From Malacoraja senta (Eukaryota): 64,000 nt of DNA. A program made the translations under genes and the position numbers. The notes beneath the pieces were generated by a model. That model saw only the letters and a program-made list of their open reading frames with translations, was not told where the DNA came from and searched no databases. Shown here piece after piece: positions 35,176-47,465 of the stretch. The number at the start of each line of letters is the position of its first letter. The stretch's first letter is position 1. The stretch covers positions 39,804,001-39,868,000 of the forward strand of contig CM075978.1 of NCBI GenBank assembly GCA_038087875.1, written 5' to 3'.

Positions 35176-36480
35176 GGGTAGCGCGGTGGTAGAGCTGCTG
35201 CCTTACAGCGCCAGTGATCCAGTTTCGATCCTGACTATGGGTGTTGTCTGTACGGAGTTTGTGCATTCACCCTGTGACCTTGTGCATTCACCCTGAGCAG
35301 GCACCTCAAGGCTGTGTGCTCAGCCCCCTGTTGTACTCATTCTATACTCATGACTGTGTAGCCGGTCATAGTGCGAACTCCATCATCAAGTTCGCTGACG
35401 ACACCACTGTTGTGGGACGTATCACTGATGGGGATGAGTCAGAGTATAGAAGAGAGATCGACCGACTGACCAAATGGTGCCAGCACAATAACCTGGCCCT
35501 CAACACCAACAAAACCAAGGAACTGATTGTGGACTTTGGAAGGGGTAGGATGGGGACCCACAGTCCCATTTACATCAGCAGGTCGATGGTGGAGAAGTTC
35601 AAGAGCTTCAAATTCCTGGGCGTGCATATTTCTGAAGATCTCTCCTGGTCTGAGAACACTGATGCAATTATAAAGAAAGCACATCAGCGCCTCTACTTCC
35701 TGAGAAGATTACAGAGAGTCGGTATGTCAAGGAGGACTCTCTCTAACTTCTACAGGTGCACATTAGAGAGCATGCTGACGGGTTGCATTGGCAACTTGAG
35801 CGCCCAGGAGCGGAAACGACTACAAAAAGTAGTAAACACTGCCCAGGCCATCATCGGTTCTGACCTCCCTACCATTGAGGGGATCTATCGCAGTCGCTGC
35901 CACAAAAAGGCTGGCAGCATCATCAAGGACCCACACCATCCTGGCCACACACTCATCTCCCTGCTACCTTCAGGTAGAAGGTACATGAGCCTGAGGACTG
36001 CAACGTCCAGGTTCAGGAATAGCTGCTTCCCCACAGCCATCAGGCTATTAAACTGAACTGAAACAAAACTCTGAACATTAATAGACCATATCTGTTTATT
36101 TGCACTTTATCTGTTTATTTATTCATGTGTGTATATATTTATATAATGGTATATGGACACACTGATCTGTTCTGTATTCATGCCTACCATATTCTGTTGT
36201 GCTGAAGCAAAGCAAGAATGTCATTGTCCTATCTCGGACATGACAATAAACTCTCTTGAATCTCTTGAATCTTGAATCTTGACCGCGTGGGTTTTCTCCA
36301 GGGTGCTCCGGTTTCCTCCCACGCTCCAAAGACATATAGGTTTGTAGGTTAATTGGCTTCCGTAAAATTATAAATTGTCCCTAGTGTGTAGGATAATGTT
36401 AGTGCAGGGGTAATCACTAGTCGGAGAAGACTCGGTAGGCCGAAGGGCCAATTTCTGCACTGTATCTCTAAAGTCTAAAA
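35176..36480 (+). mobile_element. V-SINE split by a Rex1 insertion (pieces 35176-35296 and 36280-36480)
   Basis: SINE core ..CCCTGTGACC resumes as TGACCGCGTGGGTTTTCTCC. Confidence 0.85.
35297..36279 (+). mobile_element. Rex1/Babar LINE, young 5'-truncated copy with open RT C-terminal frame
   Basis: APQGCVLSPLLYS, KFADDTTVVG, KTKELIVDF, KKAHQRLYFLRRL, LPSGRRY; tail GACAATAAA followed by (CTTGAAT)n. Confidence 0.92.
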
Positions 36481-36671
36481 CTCATTAGCTCTGTGCATCA
36501 CAATGTAAATGTCAGAAATGAGCTGGGTATCAATTCCTTTGCCCCTCTACCCTGAGCCGTGCCAAGTGGATTTAGCACAGATTCTGGGAGTAAACACATA
36601 TGTCTTGAGGTAAAAAGCTGGCTACTCGTTACATCTGGCCCTTGAGTCTTATCCCAAGGATGGCTGGGATA

Positions 36672-36966
36672 TGGGAACACAGTGGTGTAGTAGTAGGGTT
36701 GCTACCTTACAGCACCAAAGACACAGGTTTGATCCTGACTACAGGTGCTATCTGCACAAACTTTGTACATTCTCCCTGTGGCTGCATAGGTTTTCCCCCA
36801 GTGCTCCGGTTTCCTTCCACATCCCAAAGATGTGCAGGTTTGTAGGTTAATTGGTTTCTGTAAATTGTCTGTAGTTTGTAGGATAAAACTAGTGTAAGGG
36901 TAATCATTGTTCGGCCTGGACTCGGTGGGCTGAAGGGTCTGTTTCCAACGCTGTATCTCCAAACTA
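36672..36966 (+). mobile_element. V-SINE
   Basis: Head, core and tail motifs. Confidence 0.85.
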
Positions 36967-37020
36967 ATGTAACATGACCTTATTCATTTGAATGGGCGTC
37001 AGCCTAGACTGAAAGGGTAG

Positions 37021-38027
37021 CAATAGACAATAGGTGCAGGAGTAGGCCGTTTGGCCCTTTGAGCCAGCACCGCCATTCAATGTGATCATGGCTGATCATC
37101 CTCAATCAGTACCTCGTTCTGGCCTTCTCCCCATATCCCCTGACTCCCCTATCTTTAAGACCCCTATCTAGCTCTCTCTTGAAAGTATCCAGAGAACCGG
37201 CCTCCACCGCCCTCTGAGGCAGAGAATTCCACAGACTCACAACTCTCTGTGTGAAAAAGTGTTTCCTCATATCTGTTCTTAAACTGTGGCCCATGGTTCT
37301 GGATTCCCCCAACATCGGGAACATGTTTCCTGCCTCTAGCATGTCCAAACCCTTAATAATCTTATATGTTTCAATAAGATCCCCTCTCAACCTTCTAAAC
37401 TCCAGAGTATACAAGCCCAGCCACTCCATTCTCTCAGCATATGACAGTCCCGCTATCCCGGGAATTAACCTTATAAACCTACGCTGCACTCCCTCAATAG
37501 CAAGAATGTCCTTCCTCAAATTAGTGGACCAAAACTGCACACAATACTCCAGGTGTGGTCTCACTAGGGCCCTGTACCACTGCAGAAGGATCTCTTTGGA
37601 CCTATACTCAACTACTCTTGTTATGAAGGCCAACATGCCATTAGCTTTCTTCATTGCCTGCTGTACCTGCATGCTTACTTTCATTGACTGATGAACAAGG
37701 ACCCCCAGATCCCATTGTACTTCCCCTTTTCCCAACTTGACACCATTTAGATAATAATCTGTCTTCCTGTTTTTGCTACCAAAGTGGATAACCTCACATT
37801 TATCCACATTAAACTGCATCTGCCATGCATCTGCCCACTCACCCATCCTGTCCAAGTCACCCTGCATTCTCATATCCTCCTCCTCACAGTTCACACTGCC
37901 ACCCAGCTTTATGTCATCTGCAAATTTGCTAATGTTACTTTGAATCCCTTCATCTAAATCATTAATATATATTGTAAATAGCTGCGGTCCCAGCACCGAG
38001 CCTTGCGGTACCCCACTAGTCACTGCA
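37021..38027 (-). mobile_element. CR1 subfamily B, 5'-truncated
   Basis: ORF 37106-38023 (305 aa): [15 protein letters not shown]; small in-frame deletion near HSLR; TTGTCTA tail. Confidence 0.95.
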
Positions 38028-38104
38028 GCAAATAAGTTTTATTTTAATTTTACTGAACTTCAATGCTTTTAATTACTTTTGCGCACACAATGGTACTTAT
38101 AAGT

Positions 38105-38510
38105 AAATTAAGAGGGGACTTTTGAAAATGAGATGAGGAGGAATATCTTTAGTCCAAGGGTGGTGAATCTGTGGAATTCATTGCCACCGACAGCTGTGGA
38201 GGCCATCATTGCATATTTTGGAGGTGGAGATTGACAGATTCTTGATTAGTAAGGGGTCTGAAGATGGGTCTCAATCCGAAACGTCACCTATTCCTTTTCT
38301 CCAGAGATTCTGCCTGACCTGCCGAGTTACTCCAGCATTTTATGTCTATCTTCGGCGTAAACCAGCATCTGCAGTTCCTTCTTGCCAAAGGTTATGGTGG
38401 GAAGGCAGGAGGATAGCATTGAGAGAGAAAGGTAGATCAGTCATGATTGAGTGGCAGCGTAGACTTGATCTGGGCCGAATGGCCAAATCCTGCTCCTATG
38501 ATGTATGAAC
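38105..38510 (+). mobile_element. CR1 3' fragment with a nested PLE hammerhead insert (38256-38384)
   Basis: CR1 TTGATTAGTAAGGG|CAAAGGTTATGG is interrupted by TCTGAAGATGGGTCTCAATCCGAAACGTC... Confidence 0.8.
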
Positions 38511-38852
38511 CTAATGATTTTATATTTATATCTTTCGTAAATTTGAATCATTCAAAATTATTTTGAACATTTACCAATAGCCAACAACTCTGACCCAAGG
38601 TTCAGTTGTGACAGCCAGGTCTCTAATTTAACTGGACCTGCACGGACACTAGAAGTGTGGCTGTGAGAGTAGTAAAATGGGGGCATGGGCGGATCACCTG
38701 CAGCAAACATTTCAATACGACACTTCGGATATTAGCTCATCCTGCTAACTTCCATGAGAATAGGATGCATTTACATCTGTTATCTATTTATTGTGGGGAG
38801 TTCTTCTTTGTAAACTACAAACCCTTGGGATTCAACAGCTTTTAAGAAAAGA

Positions 38853-39030
38853 CAGGGCGGCACAGTGGTGCAGAGGAGAATTGCTACCTTGCAGCGCCAG
38901 AGATCCGGGTTCGATCCTGACTACGGATGCTGTCTGCGTGGAGTTTGTACATTCTTCCTGTGGCTGCGTGCGTTTTCTCTGGGTGCTCCCGTTTCCTCCC
39001 ACATTTCAAAGACGTGCAGGTTTGTAGGTT
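38853..39030 (+). mobile_element. V-SINE, 3'-truncated at a PLE junction
   Basis: Intact head with GGTTCGATCC and V-core; no tail. Confidence 0.85.
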
Positions 39031-39466
39031 GACACAAAATGCTGGAGTAAATCAGCGGAACAAGCAGCATCTCTGGATAGAAGGAATGGGTGACGTTTAG
39101 GGTCGAGACCCTTCTTCAGATTGAGAGTCAGGGGAGAGGGAGACACAGAGATAAGAAGTTGTAAGGTGTGAAAATGAGACATCAAAGGGGATGAGATTCA
39201 AAGAAAATATAGAATAGATCATTGTTAGCTAGGAGACGGTGACAACAAAGAGATCAAATTTGATTAAACAGTCAGACTGGACGGAGAACTGGGAAGGGGG
39301 AGGGGGGTTGGAGAGAGAGGGAAAGCAAGAAAGGTCCAGCATAAATTGGAGGAACAGCACCTCATATGTCGCTAGGGCAGCTTACACCCCCAGCGGTATG
39401 AATATTGACTTCTCCAACATCAAGTAACCCTTGCTTTTCCTCTCTCTCTATCCCTGCCTCCCCATT
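39031..39466. mobile_element. PLE fragment: inverted 3' UTR (39031-39330, minus) joined to the ORF end (39335-39466, plus)
   Basis: Plus piece encodes HKLEEQHLICR*GSLHP..GMNIDFSNIK*, the GIY-YIG C-terminus; minus piece carries the hammerhead. Confidence 0.8.
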
Positions 39467-40179
39467 CCAAAATTGCACAACAGTAGAAACATGTTGTCAC
39501 TGTTGCCAAAATATGCAATATTACTGCAGTACAGAATTACTGTGAAATATTGGAAGCATGTTTTCTTTAAATAAGAGTTTCAGGTAATCCATCGTGGAAT
39601 CACCATTTTTAGAAGAAAGATGTCACTGAGGATTGTCAAGGGGAATTGGATTGTAGCCTTCAATGATTCAAAGATGAAATGCAGCAGGAAATACCAGGTG
39701 CAGTTTTTTTCCACACGATGTGTAATATTTGAATACTGAACATTTTGTGCATTCTGAATGGAACAGTTCGGATCCTTGATGAGACAAAATGCCAGCTTTC
39801 TCAGACCTTTTCAGTTTTCAGGCAATTCAGTGGTAATGGCTTTTTCCCAGGGTTTCATTACTGTGCGTATTGGTTACCATAGAAACTTCCTTTTGAACTG
39901 TTTGCTGGAACTGTATTCAATTATAATTGCTTTTTCACTTCAATTGTACTGCAGGTAATAGTTTGCTTTTTTTTTCAAATTCTATTTAGAAGGATGGAAG
40001 CTGTTTTAAAAAATATATATTTTTGGCCAAAATAAAATGTAATTTAATCCTAAGAAGAGTGTGTGTGTCAGTGAGTGTCTGAGGACATATATTGTGGGAA
40101 TAATATTTTTGTTAACTGAAATATATAATTTTTTTTTCAAATGTGGTTAGTCCTACATTTAATTTCCAGCTTTTCTCTG

Positions 40180-40415
40180 TAATGATACAAAGGAGATGTG
40201 AAGGGAAACTTTTTTACACAGAGGGATGTGTGCCTGGAATGCCCTGCCAGGATGGGTGGTTGAGGCAGATACGATATCGGCATTTAAGAGGCTTTTGGAT
40301 AGTCATATGGATATGCAGGGATGCACAGGTAGATTAGAGATGGTCTTGGCATCATGTTTGACACTGACATTGTGATGCCGAAGGGCCTGTTCATGTGCTG
40401 TATTGTTCTATGTTC
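40180..40415 (+). mobile_element. CR1 3' fragment
   Basis: TTTTTTACACAGAG..TGGAATGCCCTGCCAG..GCCGAAGGGCCTGTT. Confidence 0.75.
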
Positions 40416-40417
40416 TT

Positions 40418-41150
40418 AAGGTGGATGACAATGTGAATTGTGAGGAGGATGCAGAGTAATATAGACAAATAATTTAAATTAGTTTTGGATATTAATGTTG
40501 CATGTACTGAGGTACAGTGAAAAGCTTTCTGTTGCATGCTGTCCAGTTAGCGAAAAGACTATACATGATTACAATCAAGCTGTCATCAGTGTACAGATAC
40601 AGGATAAAGGAAATCTGATTTAGCGCAAGATAAAGTCCAGTAAAGTCCGATTAAAGATAGTCCAAATGTCTCCAATGAGGTAGATGGTAAGTCAGGACCG
40701 CTCTCTAGTTGGTGATAAAATGGTTGAGCCAAATAAATTGAATGGGCACAGACAAGGTATATGGAACATAATGTGGAAAAATGTGAGATCACCACCTTCA
40801 TAGTAAAAAGTAGAAAGGCAGTCTTAGATGAACTTGTATGTGAATCACTGAAAGTTAGTTTACAGCAAGCACTTATCAAGTTAAATGGTATGTTGGCCTT
40901 TATTACAACGGGATATGAGAACAAAGGCAGAGATCTCTTGATTCAATTACATATAGCCCTGGTGAGTTCACACCTGGAATATTATATATAGGCCTACTTC
41001 AGGAAAGATATATTTGCAATAGATTAAGGTTTAACTAATTAAGTCCCTGGGACAACTGGTTAGCTGAGTGAGATTAAGCAGATTAGATCTTTCCTGTCCA
41101 GAGTTGAGAAGAAGAAGAGATGATCTAATGGAAATGTGCAAAACTGTTAC
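40418..41150 (+). mobile_element. Old CR1 RT fragment with a minus-strand Rex1 3' UTR insert (~40475-40725)
   Basis: NVEKCEI..NGMLAFI..ALVSSHLEY on plus; GGTACAGTGAAAAGCTTT insert. Confidence 0.7.
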
Positions 41151-41162
41151 AGCACATGAAGA

Positions 41163-41490
41163 ATCCGAGTCATACAGCATGGAAACAGGCCCTTCGGCCC
41201 AACATGCCCATGCTGACAAACAAGCCCCATCTATACCAGTCCCATCTGCCTGCACGTGGTCCATATCCCTCTAAACCTATCCTATCCATGTATCTATAAT
41301 TTTTTTTTTACATTGCGATAATACCTGCCTTAAATACCTCCTCTGGCAGCTCGTTCCATATATCTACCACCCTTTCCATTCAAAAAAAGTTGTCCCTCAG
41401 GTTCCTATTAAATCTTTCCCCCCCTCAACTTAAACCTATGTCCTCTGGTTCTTGATTCACCCTACTCTGGCTAAAATACTGGGCATCTAC
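41163..41490 (-). mobile_element. CR1 3' fragment
   Basis: Tail GGGCCGAAGGGCCTGTTTCCATGCTGTATGACTC on minus, shared with the V-SINE tail. Confidence 0.85.
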
Positions 41491-41493
41491 CAT

Positions 41494-42068
41494 ATGCTAT
41501 GAGGCTGCATGGTGACTTGGATAGGTTGGGTGAATAGGCAGATGCATGACAGATGCAGTGTAATATGGATAAATGTGAGGTTTGTCACTTTGGTGGCAAG
41601 AACAAGAAGGCAGATTATTATCTGAATGGTGTAAGATTAGGAAAAGGGGAGGTGCAACGAGACCAGGGTGTCCTTGTACATCAGTCACTGAAAGTAAGCA
41701 TGCAGGTACAGCAAGAAAGCAAATGACATGTTGGCCTTCATTGCGAGAGGATTTGAGTTTAGGAGCAAGGAGGTCCTACTGCAGTTGTACAGGGCCCTGG
41801 TGAGTCTGCACCAGGAGTATTGTGTGCAGTTTTGGTCTCCTAGTTTGAGGAAGGACATTCTTGCTATTGAGGGAGTGCAGCGTAGGTTCACCAGGTTAAT
41901 TCCCGGGATGGCGGGGCTGACATATGATGAAAGAATGGATCGACTGGGTTTATATTCACTGGAATTTAGAAGGATGGGAGCGCATCTTATATGAACATAT
42001 AACATTCATAAGGGTGTGGACAGGCTAGATGCAGGAAAAATGTTCCCCATGTTGGGGGAGTCCAGAAC
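41494..42068 (+). mobile_element. CR1 RT C-terminal fragment
   Basis: ORF 41728-41994: MLAFIARGFEFRSKEVLLQLYRALV.. Confidence 0.9.
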
Positions 42069-42139
42069 CTCTCATTCTTATGATCTTGTGCTGCATCCAT
42101 AGGTACTCGGAAAGTCTTGTTCAACAACATGAATGTTTT

Positions 42140-42425
42140 AGGGGTGACAGAGTGGCGCAGCGGTAGTGTTGCTGCCTTATGGTGCCAGAGGCCCAGTTCG
42201 AACCTGACTACGTTTGTACATTCTCCCTGTGACCATGTGGGTTTTCTCCAGGTGCTCCAGTTTCTCCCACACTCCAAACGTGTACAGGTTTTTAGGTTAA
42301 TCGGCTTTGGTATAATTGTAAATCATCCCTATTGTGTAGGATAGTGCAAGTGTACTGATTGCCGGTTGGCATGGACTCGGTGGGCCGAAGGGCCTGTTTC
42401 CACACTGTATCTCAAAAGTCTAAAG
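42140..42425 (+). mobile_element. V-SINE
   Basis: Head, core and tail motifs. Confidence 0.85.
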
Positions 42426-42539
42426 TAACGACAAAGTGTTCCAGATTAAAGACCAAGTGACAATGAAGTATCAGGTCAATGAATCTTTGTGTCCATTCAT
42501 TGTGCTTATTAGAGAGGAACTTGAGGTAGTTCTGTCCCT

Positions 42540-43540
42540 GTCCACTTGCTGCCCTTGTCCTTCCTGGTAGGACTGATCACACCATTAGAAAGGATCTTTG
42601 AAGAAGCAAATGGCTGGATACTGCACATTTTGCGCAGTGGAATAGGATGGGTTATTTGGTCTTGGGATTAATTGTACCTATGCCACTGAAAGTAGTGTGT
42701 TGCATGACGATCCAGAATCATGTATTGTAGCTGGCACCTTGAGCTGTGAGGTGGTGACTCAATCACAACACAAAATAGCCAAACTCTGACCACAACATTG
42801 ACTACATGAACCTGATCCTGTTAAGATTCCAGTTTGTGGTGGCCCCAAGACAATGGTTGTGGTTTGATGATGGTTTTGCTTCCGGGTGCCGAGGTGATGA
42901 GATTCGCCCTTACTAGAGGTGATTATTCACTGGCACATAGATGACATGAAAGTTACTTGCCACTTATCGCCAATGAATGCTGTCCAGGTCTTGCTACATA
43001 CAGATTTAAGTGTGCAAGTTCATTATCTGAAGATCCAAGGAACAGCCGACAAAATTTGTGGGAAGGAAATGCAGATGCTGGTACATACCAAAGAAAGACA
43101 CAAAGTGCTGGAGTAACTCAGCGGGTCAGGCAGCATCTCTTGGGGAAAAAGGATGGGTGACGTTTTAGGTCGGGATCCTTCTTTAGACTTAAGCCTGAAG
43201 AACTGTCCCAACCCAAAAGGTCATCTATCCATGTTCTCCACAGATGCTGCTTAACCCACTGAGCTACTCCAGCACATTGTGTCTTTCACTATCTGAAGAA
43301 GTGCAAATGGATTTGAACATTGTTCAAACATCATCACACATCTTCACTTCTGATCATATGATGGAAGGATAGTCATTGATGAAGCAGCTGCATTTAGTGA
43401 AGTGTAGGACACAGCAGAAATGCTGACGTTACATCCAGAGACTGCTATGATTGATCTCCAGTAATTACAGTGACCTTTTTTGGGCAAGGTTTGACTCCAG
43501 CCAACAGACATCTTCTACTTAATTCTTATTGGCTTCAACA
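42540..43540 (-). mobile_element. Ancient CR1/L2-group LINE RT relic
   Basis: Reverse strand reads SCFIND..SII*SEV..DD..MF..QQDLDSIH..DKWQVTF. Confidence 0.6.
43035..43285. mobile_element. Head-to-head PLE hammerhead insert
   Basis: Two opposed arms; TTCA(T/C)TATCTGAAGA on both flanks (43019-43033 and 43285-43299). Confidence 0.8.
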
Positions 43541-43857
43541 GTTTCAAATGCGAATTGTCCATTTGTCTGGGTTTGCGGTATGTAATTGATTTATTGATAA
43601 TCATCCAGTTTTTGCAGCCTAATAAATTAATTTATTAAGTAGGAGCAGCAAATGATTGCATTGTTAGTTTGGGGAATGTTTCTCTCTCCCTCAGCAACAT
43701 AAAGCAATGCTGAACCTTAATTTTATGCATATATTTTGTGCTGAGATTTATGAAATCGTTTCTAATATGCATATTATTTTCAAATATTATTAAAATATAA
43801 TTTATAAGTAGGATTTGAAGACATTCTTTCTTTCACAATATAGGGCTTAAAGTAAGA

Positions 43858-44187
43858 CAGGTCCACTGCCGAATTTCCAGCACCCTTTATTTCAGAGGCT
43901 TGTCGGATTATCCATTTTGCCTGACCAACAGAGGTCATGGCCTCCGAGAGAAGTCGAACGGGACCAGAACCAAACCCGGCCTCGGCTATGGGAACGGATC
44001 TGATGTCTCCGCTGGGTCGGAGTTCCAGAGCCCCGGGCTTCGGGGAGCAAATTCGACCCACCGATCCTCCACGTCACGTTTTCAGGGGGACTTCCGGCGG
44101 ATGGAGTTTCATGTGCACTCCCATAATTTTGTCCAGAATAAAGGAGGTGACGGATCATCAGTTTCTAAATAATTGCTGGTGGACCTG
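43858..44187. mobile_element. Tc1/mariner (pogo/Tigger-like) MITE
   Basis: Termini CAGGTCCAC...GTGGACCTG; TA on the right flank (GA on the left); CpG-rich interior. Confidence 0.6.
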
Positions 44188-44299
44188 TAATTGAGATTGG
44201 CATGGACATTGTTATCTTGGTGCTCCCGTTAACTCCAACCTTTTACACATATGAGCCAAGTTGCTTACAAATGTCTGCAGAACCAGCAAGGTTATTTGA

Positions 44300-44393
44300 C
44301 TGAAGGAGGGTTTCGGCCCGAAACGTTACCTATTTCCTTCGCTCCATAGATGCTGCTGCACCCGCTGAGTTTCTCCAGCATTTTTGTGTACCT
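44300..44393 (+). mobile_element. ~95-bp PLE-derived hammerhead mini-insert (young subfamily)
   Basis: TSD AAGGTTATTTGACTG at 44288-44302 and 44394-44408; the CTG overlaps the element start. Confidence 0.9.
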
Positions 44394-44777
44394 AAGGTTA
44401 TTTGACTGGTGCACAGTTATTAACCTTCTGCAAGAAAATTGATTGCAAAGCCAGCTGTAATTTTTTTTTGTTCTTTATTTTATATGTATGGCATAGTTGT
44501 ATTCAACTGAGTAGTAGCCGTCGTGAGTTAGAATTCTAAACTATTGCTGCCCTGCCTGATCTTTCTTTTAACCTAGATTAAAAATGTAATAATTTTCCAG
44601 CAGTATATAGTGGATAAAAATGCAAAGAAAAGTATTGAGTAAGTTTATTTTTCTATCCTCCATAGCCAGGTAACTTTATTTTTTAAGCTTCTCAATCCCA
44701 TTGACTATGTGCTGAGGTGTGTTATGGTAAGCCATTTCTGTTCCATCTCAGGCATCAGCTGACTCATCAATACCCAG

Positions 44778-45170
44778 AAGATAGACACAAAATGTTGGAG
44801 TAACACAGTGGGTCAGGCAGCACCTCTGGAGAAAAGGTGTAGGTGATGTTTCGGGTCAAGATCCTTCTTCAGACTCAGAGTCAGGGGAGAGGGAACCGAG
44901 AGATCAGAAAAGGTACATAGAACAAATTAATGAAAGATATGCTAAAAGACAGATCAAAGCCAGCAACGATGATCAAGGAAAGGCTGAGCCCGCAATGGTC
45001 CATTGTTGGCTGTGGGGAAGGTGATAATGAGTAATACAAACAGTGAAACTCAGCAGGATGACAGTGAAACTAGCATAGCAACTAGGGTGGGGGAGGGACG
45101 GAGAGAGAGGGAATGCAAGTGTTACTTGATGTTAGAGAAATCAATATTCATACTGCTGGGTTGTAAGCTG
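44778..45170 (-). mobile_element. PLE 3' end: last codons of the ORF, 3' UTR and hammerhead
   Basis: Minus strand SLQPSSMNIDFSNIK*, then ~250 nt to CTGAAGAAGGATCTTGACCCGAAACATC. Confidence 0.85.
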
Positions 45171-45399
45171 TCGAGTCTATATTCAGGGGCATCACTGTGT
45201 TCTCTTGATCTTGGCATCATTTCCACATTGTGCAGCTGAGTGCAAGATACTATAATGTCTGCCAGATGGATTAGTCTGTACATCATGGTCAGTGAGTAAT
45301 CCTCCCCAGCCCACTAGGCTAGAGGATTTCAAAGATTTACCACCCTGTGGGTGAAGTAATTTTTCATTATTTCTCCAGCCAAGACCACAAGAAATTGCA

Positions 45400-45970
45400 G
45401 AGAATTGTGGACGCAGCACAGACTATCACACAAAACCAACCTCCCTTCCTTTGAAGGTACTCAAAAATGCTGGAGAAACTCAGCGGGTGCAGCAGCATCT
45501 ATGGAGCGAAGGGGATAGGCAACGTTTCGGGCCGAAACCCTTCTTCAGACTGATTCCATTCTTCAGACTGAGTCCTCCCTTCCATTGAGTCCATTTATAC
45601 CTCACGCTGCCTCGACAAGGCCAACACTGGCCACTCCTTCTTCTCCCTTCGGGCAAAATGTATCGAAGTGTGAAAACGCACATCTCCATTTTCAGGGACA
45701 GTTTCTTCCCAGCTGTTATCAGGCAACTAGAGAGCAGTCCTGAACAACCACCTACCTCATTGGAGATCCTCAGACTATCTCTATATCTTTGATCGGTCTT
45801 TACTAGTTTTATATTTCACAAAATGTTATTCACGTTATTTCCTTTATCATGTATTTGTGAACTGTGGACGGCTCGATTGTAATCATCTTTGGCTTTCCAC
45901 CAGATTTTGTTAGCACGCAACAAAAGCTTTTCTCTGTACCTTATTACAGGTGACAATAAACTAAACTAAT
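45400..45970 (+). mobile_element. Rex1/Babar 3' fragment, nested in an old minus-strand CR1
   Basis: Rex1 C-terminal motifs and GTGACAATAAACTAAACT tail. Confidence 0.75.
45455..45573 (-). mobile_element. PLE hammerhead mini-insert with intact core (45521-45548)
   Basis: TSD CCTCCCTTCC(T/A)TTGA at 45440-45454 and 45574-45588; TTCTTCAGACTGA is duplicated at the 5' junction. Confidence 0.88.
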
Positions 45971-46199
45971 TATCTATATTAAAAGGCCAACCCCTTAATT
46001 TGAGACTGTGACCCCTGGCGTGAGGTGCCCCTGGCAGGGGAAGTATAACTCCACAACTACCTTATCAAGCTCCCTAGGTAATCGGGGAGTAACAATTTGA
46101 ATACATTTTGTATTTTACCTACTTTCAAAATTATTGCGCAGGTTACCGAATTGGCTATTAGCACTATGCACATTACCTCTTCAACGCACCCAATAAAGA

Positions 46200-46510
46200 C
46201 AAGGCACAATGGCACAGCTATAGAGCTGCTGCCTCACAGGGCCAAAGACTCTGGTTCGATCTTGACTACGGGTGCTATCTGTACGGAGTTTGTACGTTCT
46301 CACCGTGACCGCATGGGTTTTCTCCGGGTGCAACAGTTTCCTCCCACATTCTAAAGAGGTGCAGATTTGTAGGTTAACTGGCTTCTATAAATTGTCCCTT
46401 GTGTATAGGATAGAATTAGTGTGCAGGTGATTGCTGGTCGGCATGGACTTGGGAGGCCAATGGGCCTGTTGTATCACTGTTTCACCAAAGTAAAGTAAAT
46501 TAAACTAAAT
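46200..46510 (+). mobile_element. V-SINE
   Basis: Head with GGTTCGATC, V-core and tail. Confidence 0.85.
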
Positions 46511-47204
46511 TCAGTTTGTAGATATCTGTTTCTCAGTCTTTTGTCAATTCCTTACCATTGGAAGTTGCCCATTCACAGTGGAGGTTTCATCCATTCTACT
46601 TCCTGAAATTCTCAAACTCCTGCATCTTTAGGTCTAGCTTAGTCCTTGAACGCTTGGTCACACCACCCTACCTCACAGGCCACATCCACAACCGTGCGAA
46701 TTTCCCATTCGTTATCTGATTTAGAAAGCGCTTTGGGTTGTTGTCTTTCATTAAATGTTAATGGCATTATTTAAATGGAAGTTGTTGTTCTAGTGCTGCT
46801 TCAGGGTAATATTGAGCATTGTTCTTATTCACAAAGTCATCAAGAGAGCTCATGTACAACCTCTAATCAATAAATCAAATTGCGAAAGCGTTACTCCAAT
46901 ATCTTCAGAGTATTCATGGGTTATGGATCACAAAGCACAAAGCTCAGAATAATCAATCTAATTATTTGCTTCACAGAATTGCTGTTGGCAATGTAGTTTT
47001 GTGCCTAAATTACTGGCATGTGATGCAGTTTGCAACCACTGCTTGTAGCTGGCTAATAACAAGTGATAAAACTTAATCAGAATTTAACATCTCAAACACG
47101 TTTTCAGTTTACGTGTCGGTAAGTCTATGCTTTCTGCCGAGTTTAAAAATTGATGCTTATTCTACCTAACCAACAACTTGCTTAATAAGTTCTATTATTG
47201 TACC

Positions 47205-47465
47205 TTTCGAAAGGAGATGAGGAGGAATGTCTTTAGCCAGAGGGTGCTGAATCTATGGAATTAATTGTCACAGAAGGCAGTGGAGGCCAAGTCATTGGGT
47301 ATTTTTAAAGTGGAGATTTATGTTTCTTGATTAATAAGGGTGTCAAAGGTTATGGGGAGAAGGCAGGAGAATGGGGTTGATAGGGAAAGATAGGTCAGCC
47401 ATGATTGAATGGCGGAGTAGACTTAATGGGCCGAATGGCCTAATTCTGCTCCTGATGACTAATGA
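47205..47465 (+). mobile_element. CR1 3' fragment
   Basis: Homologous to 4800-5030. Confidence 0.85.

Noticed and set aside
39584-39697. AG/GT-bounded open stretch (VIHRGITIFRRK..)
   Set aside because: Weak splice signals and no recognisable peptide; needs RNA-seq.
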